From the NCBI GenBank assembly GCA_037442825.1, contig JBBIPN010000019.1, positions 1 through 19,614 on the forward strand: DNA of 19,614 bases, read 5' to 3'. The stretch is from Sulfurihydrogenibium sp. (GTDB lineage Bacteria > Aquificota > Aquificia > Aquificales > Hydrogenothermaceae). The translations under genes and the position numbers were made by a program. The notes beneath the pieces are model-generated. The model was not told where the DNA came from, searched no databases, and was given only the letters and a program-made list of their open reading frames with translations. This document shows, one piece after another, positions 16,109 through 19,614 of the stretch (within the stretch, counting starts at the first letter, position 1; every line of letters begins with the position of its first letter).

Positions 16109-16798
16109 TTAATCATATATAAATACATTAATTTTACTATCTAATTTTTCTAAGAACCTTTTAATTGTTTTTGCATGACCTTTTCCTATTAAAACTATAA
16201 CTTTCTTATCTCGACTTTCCTTAACTAAACTATATAATTTATATGCCATAGAATAGTCCCAAGCAAGTTGAATATCATAAAAAGTTTTTTTATCTTTAAT
16301 ATTTTTATGCTCTTTTAAAACTTCTTCAATAATTTTAATCTCTTCATCTGTATATTTTGGTAAAGGTTTTGGTAAGTATGGAGAAGATATATTTTCTATA
16401 CCTTTTTCCCTAATCTCTTTTAAAGTTTCATTAGGTATATTCAAAGCATAAACAGGAATTTTATTTTCTTTTGCGTAGTTTAAAATATCTTTATAATATT
16501 TAAAATTATATCCCCAACGTTTTTTATACTCTGTTTTTTCAAGAAACTCTTCTTCTGTTATTTCTCCATTTATGTATCTATCTATGTATGTTTGAAAAGG
16601 TTGTTGAAACATTTCCATAGCTATTATGATTTTATTGTTATACCTGTAATATTCTTTTATAACGTTAAGTTGTTTTTGATGATATCCCATATCAGTATGG
16701 TATTCTGGAACAATAATAACATTGTAATTTTTGATGTTGGAAAATGATAAAATAATTCCTAAAATAAAAACTATAATTGGATGCATATTTAATCTCAT
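16109..16798 (-). CDS. ChaN-family (heme/iron uptake-like, EreA/TIKI fold) exported protein
   Basis: xEYH..H..Q, AMEMF, YINGEITEEEFL, RWGY, ALN, QLAWDYSMA, VLIGKGH; hydrophobic N-terminus. Confidence 0.8.
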   Translation of the reverse strand: MRLNMHPIIVFILGIILSFSNIKNYNVIIVPEYHTDMGYHQKQLNVIKEYYRYNNKIIIAMEMFQQPFQTYIDRYINGEITEEEFLEKTEYKKRWGYNFKYYKDILNYAKENKIPVYALNIPNETLKEIREKGIENISSPYLPKPLPKYTDEEIKIIEEVLKEHKNIKDKKTFYDIQLAWDYSMAYKLYSLVKESRDKKVIVLIGKGHAKTIKRFLEKLDSKINVFIYD

Positions 16799-16804
16799 TT
16801 TTAA

Positions 16805-16813
16805 ATTATAACA
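16805..16813 (-). promoter_or_regulatory. Extended -10 promoter for the chaN-like gene, possibly leaderless
   Basis: TGTTATAAT on -, with 6 nt between the hexamer and the ATG at 16798. Confidence 0.55.
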
Positions 16814-16834
16814 TAATACAACTTGAGGTTAGAG

Positions 16835-19411
16835 ATGGAAAATTTAACACCTATGATTGCACAGTATCATAATATAAAGAAAGATTATCAAGATTGTCTA
16901 CTACTTTATAGACTTGGTGATTTTTACGAACTTTTTTATGAAGATGCTATCGTTGGTTCTAAAGAGTTAAATATTGTTTTAACAAGAAAAAAAATAAGTA
17001 AAGACAAAGATATCCCTATGTGTGGTATACCTTATCATTCTGCAGATAGTTATATCTATAAACTTGTATCAAAAGGTTATAAAGTTGCTATCTGTGAACA
17101 ACTTGAACCGGCTTCTGCTTCAAAAGGTATAGTTAAAAGGGAAGTTATAAGAGTTATCACACCAGGAACATACTTTGATAATGAACATCTTAAAGGTGGT
17201 ATTGTAGCATTATATAGAGATGGAAATAAATTTGCTACAGCTTTTCTTGATTTAAGTGTAGGTGAATTTTTTGCAAGTAAATTTAATAAAGAAAGTTTGA
17301 TATCTTTTCTAAATAAATTTAGACCAAAAGAAATTTTAACACCAAAAGATTTAGATATTTCTTTTATAAGTGAAGATTATAAAAACTTTTTCCATAATCC
17401 AATACCAGAGGACCTTTTTGAAAACATAGAAGAATTTTTAAATCATTTTAATGTAAAAACAATAATAGCTTTTGGTTTTGAAGATGATGATAATTTATTA
17501 AAAGTCATTGCAGCGGCATTTAACTACGCAAAATACACACAAAGAAGTTTCTTACCATACATAGAAACACCTAAACCGTATATAGAAGATAAGTATATGA
17601 AATTAGACTACTCTGCTATAAAACATTTGGAACTTGTTTCAAGTTTAGAGCATGGTAAATCATTATTTAATGTTATAAATAAAGCAATCACTGGGATGGG
17701 TAAAAGAAAATTAAAGTTTTTCCTACTACATCCCCTTAAAAATTTAAATGACATTTTAGATAGACAAGAAGCTGTTGCTGAGCTTGTTGAAAACCATGGT
17801 TTAAGAGAAACGGTAAGAGGTTATCTAAATAAAATTTTTGATATAGAAACGTTAATTTCAAAAATAACATCAAACACATTAAAACCAAAAGATATGATAG
17901 CCTTAAGGGAGTCTTTGAGAAAGGTTGAAGAGATGAAATCTGTTATAAATATTGTTAAGTCGAAACTTCTTAAAGAACTGTTCAGTAGTATTCCAGATAA
18001 TACAGCGATAGTTGAGAAGTTAGACAGATATTTAGAGGACAATCCACCATTTCATTTAAAAGAAGGAGGCTTAATTAAAAAAGGTGTAGATAAAACGTTA
18101 GATGAGTTAAGGAATATTAAAGAAAACGGTAAAAAATGGATTATAGATTATCAAGAGAAAGAAAAGATAAGAACAGGCATAAGTAGTTTAAAAATTGGAT
18201 TTAATAAAGTTATGGGTTATTACATAGAGATAACAAAACCAAACTTAAAATTTGTTCCTACTGATTACAAAAGAAGACAAACATTATCTAATGCAGAAAG
18301 GTTTACAACTGATTATTTAACTTCTTTAGAAGAAAAAATTTTATCAGCTGATGAGAAAATAAAAAATTTAGAGTATGAAGTATTTTCGCAAGTTAGAGAG
18401 TATGTTATTAATTTATCAACACAGATTGAAGATACTGGTAGAACTGTTGCATTAATAGATGCTATTACTTCTTTAGCCCAGGTGGCTGTCGAAAATGGAT
18501 GGATTAAACCAAAGTTGACTAGTGGTTATAAAATACAGATAGAAGAAGGAGTCCATCCAACAGTAGCAAAATTTCAAAAAGATTTTGTCCCAAACAGTGT
18601 ATATTTTTATAAAGATAAATTTTTCCATATAATAACAGGACCTAACATGTCTGGAAAAAGTACTTATATAAGACAGGCAGCTTTACTTGTTATACTATCT
18701 CAGATAGGTTCATTTATTCCAGCTAAATCTGCTGAAATAGGAATAGTTGATGCAGTATATACACGTATAGGTTCTGGAGATAACTTGGCTAAAGGATTGT
18801 CTACTTTTATGATTGAGATGCTTGAAGTAGCTAACATTATAAATAATGCTTCAGAAAATAGTTTAATTATACTTGATGAAATAGGAAGAGGAACAAGTAC
18901 ATATGACGGGATAGCTATAGCTTGGGCTGTTTCTGAATATATTGTCAATAAAATAAAAGCAAAAACAATGTTTTCAACCCATTATCATGAGTTAGTAAAA
19001 TTAAAAGAACAGTTGGAAGGTGTTGAAAACTATCATCTTGCTATAAAAGAAGACGAAAATGGAGAAATTAAATTTTTATATAAACTTGTAAAAGGGTTTT
19101 CTCCAAAAAGCTATGGTATACATGTGGCTAAGTTAGGAGGGGTAAAAGAAGAAATAGTACATAGAGCTTTAGATATTTTAAGTAATTTAGAAAATCAGTC
19201 ATTATCTACAGATACATTAAACCAACCTAAAGAAATATACAATTTATTTGAAAGTCAGACACAAGAAAACCCTTATAAGAATACCATCTATGACAGTATT
19301 ATTGAAGAGATTGAGAATATTGATATAGGAAATATAACTCCTTTAGATGCACTTATAATATTAAATAGCATAAAAAATAGGATAAAGACTTTAAAATCTA
19401 TTGACAAATAA
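16835..19411 (+). CDS. mutS: DNA mismatch repair protein MutS1
   Basis: TPMIAQY, GDFYELF, PMCGIP, TPGT, Walker A GPNMSGKST, STFMIEM, DEIGRGT, THYHEL, SYGIHVA. ATG 16835 has GAGGT 5 nt upstream and is preferred to TTG 16823. Confidence 0.97.
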   Translation: MENLTPMIAQYHNIKKDYQDCLLLYRLGDFYELFYEDAIVGSKELNIVLTRKKISKDKDIPMCGIPYHSADSYIYKLVSKGYKVAICEQLEPASASKGIVKREVIRVITPGTYFDNEHLKGGIVALYRDGNKFATAFLDLSVGEFFASKFNKESLISFLNKFRPKEILTPKDLDISFISEDYKNFFHNPIPEDLFENIEEFLNHFNVKTIIAFGFEDDDNLLKVIAAAFNYAKYTQRSFLPYIETPKPYIEDKYMKLDYSAIKHLELVSSLEHGKSLFNVINKAITGMGKRKLKFFLLHPLKNLNDILDRQEAVAELVENHGLRETVRGYLNKIFDIETLISKITSNTLKPKDMIALRESLRKVEEMKSVINIVKSKLLKELFSSIPDNTAIVEKLDRYLEDNPPFHLKEGGLIKKGVDKTLDELRNIKENGKKWIIDYQEKEKIRTGISSLKIGFNKVMGYYIEITKPNLKFVPTDYKRRQTLSNAERFTTDYLTSLEEKILSADEKIKNLEYEVFSQVREYVINLSTQIEDTGRTVALIDAITSLAQVAVENGWIKPKLTSGYKIQIEEGVHPTVAKFQKDFVPNSVYFYKDKFFHIITGPNMSGKSTYIRQAALLVILSQIGSFIPAKSAEIGIVDAVYTRIGSGDNLAKGLSTFMIEMLEVANIINNASENSLIILDEIGRGTSTYDGIAIAWAVSEYIVNKIKAKTMFSTHYHELVKLKEQLEGVENYHLAIKEDENGEIKFLYKLVKGFSPKSYGIHVAKLGGVKEEIVHRALDILSNLENQSLSTDTLNQPKEIYNLFESQTQENPYKNTIYDSIIEEIENIDIGNITPLDALIILNSIKNRIKTLKSIDK

Positions 19412-19429
19412 GGTTCGTTATTGTAAATT
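19401..19429 (+). promoter_or_regulatory. Sigma70-type promoter of the HU gene
   Basis: TTGACA (19401-19406, inside the last mutS codons), 17 nt, then TAAATT (19424-19429). Confidence 0.65.
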
Positions 19430-19465
19430 TAAGTTATTATTAAATCTATTTAGGAGGGCTTTGTT

Positions 19466-19614
19466 ATGACAAAAGCAGAATTAATTTCAAAAGTAGCTGC
19501 TGCTGCTGGATTAAAGAAAGCAGAAGCTGAAAGAGCTGTAAATGCTGCGATTGATGCATTGGTACAAGCTCTCTCAAAAGGTGAGAGAACAGCTATCCCT
19601 GGTCTTGGTGTATT
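19466..19614 (+). CDS. hup: Histone-like DNA-binding protein HU (3'-truncated)
   Basis: AGGAGG at 19452-19457; manual translation MTKAELISKVAAAAGLKKAEAERAVNAAIDALVQALSKGERTAIPGLGV... Confidence 0.93.
   Translation, partial: MTKAELISKVAAAAGLKKAEAERAVNAAIDALVQALSKGERTAIPGLGV

Noticed and set aside
16823..16834. TTG start for mutS from the ORF track
   Set aside because: The region contains the GAGGT SD for ATG 16835, which matches the usual MutS N-terminus.
2222..18948. Other short ORFs in the track (2222, 6660, 7809, 9005, 10121, 10815, 11309, 11452, 11730, 11926, 14330, 15461, 17821, 18700)
   Set aside because: All lie antisense to well-supported genes, mostly with the Ser/Phe/Ile-rich composition typical of shadow ORFs.
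19496..19507. (GCT)4 repeat
   Set aside because: Simply an Ala4 run in HU; too short for a contingency locus.
1..19614. CRISPR arrays, IS elements, riboswitches, intrinsic terminators
   Set aside because: Intergenic gaps are all under 70 nt, with no repeat-spacer pattern, transposase or GC hairpin plus U-tract seen by eye.

Overview
AT-rich (roughly 30% GC by eye), very densely packed bacterial core-genome segment. Protein style and shuffled gene order suggest Aquificota, possibly Hydrogenothermaceae (inference). Order: partial pilB-type ATPase (-, runs off the left edge and is missing from the ORF track); accC, MBL hydrolase, nfo, tRNA-Arg(CCG) (+); TlpA-like CGHC protein, two hypothetical ORFs, purQ, purS (-); GGDEF-EAL protein (+); a long minus-strand run chaN-like, nfeD, mutL, pyrF, rpoN, hpf, rplM, rpsI, argC, rfaE1; then mutS and a partial HU gene (+, also missing from the track). 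No mobile element, CRISPR array or att duplication was seen. Most interesting observations: (1) the two hypothetical ORFs behind purSQ look by eye like a split, non-cleavable LexA/S24-like protein, and loss of one base in an A7 run would join them into 205 aa; (2) the tRNA-Arg gene is overlapped by CDSs at both ends, lacks CCA and has an atypical anticodon loop; (3) extended -10 (TGnTATAAT) promoters recur, forming symmetric divergent promoters and probable leaderless mRNAs.
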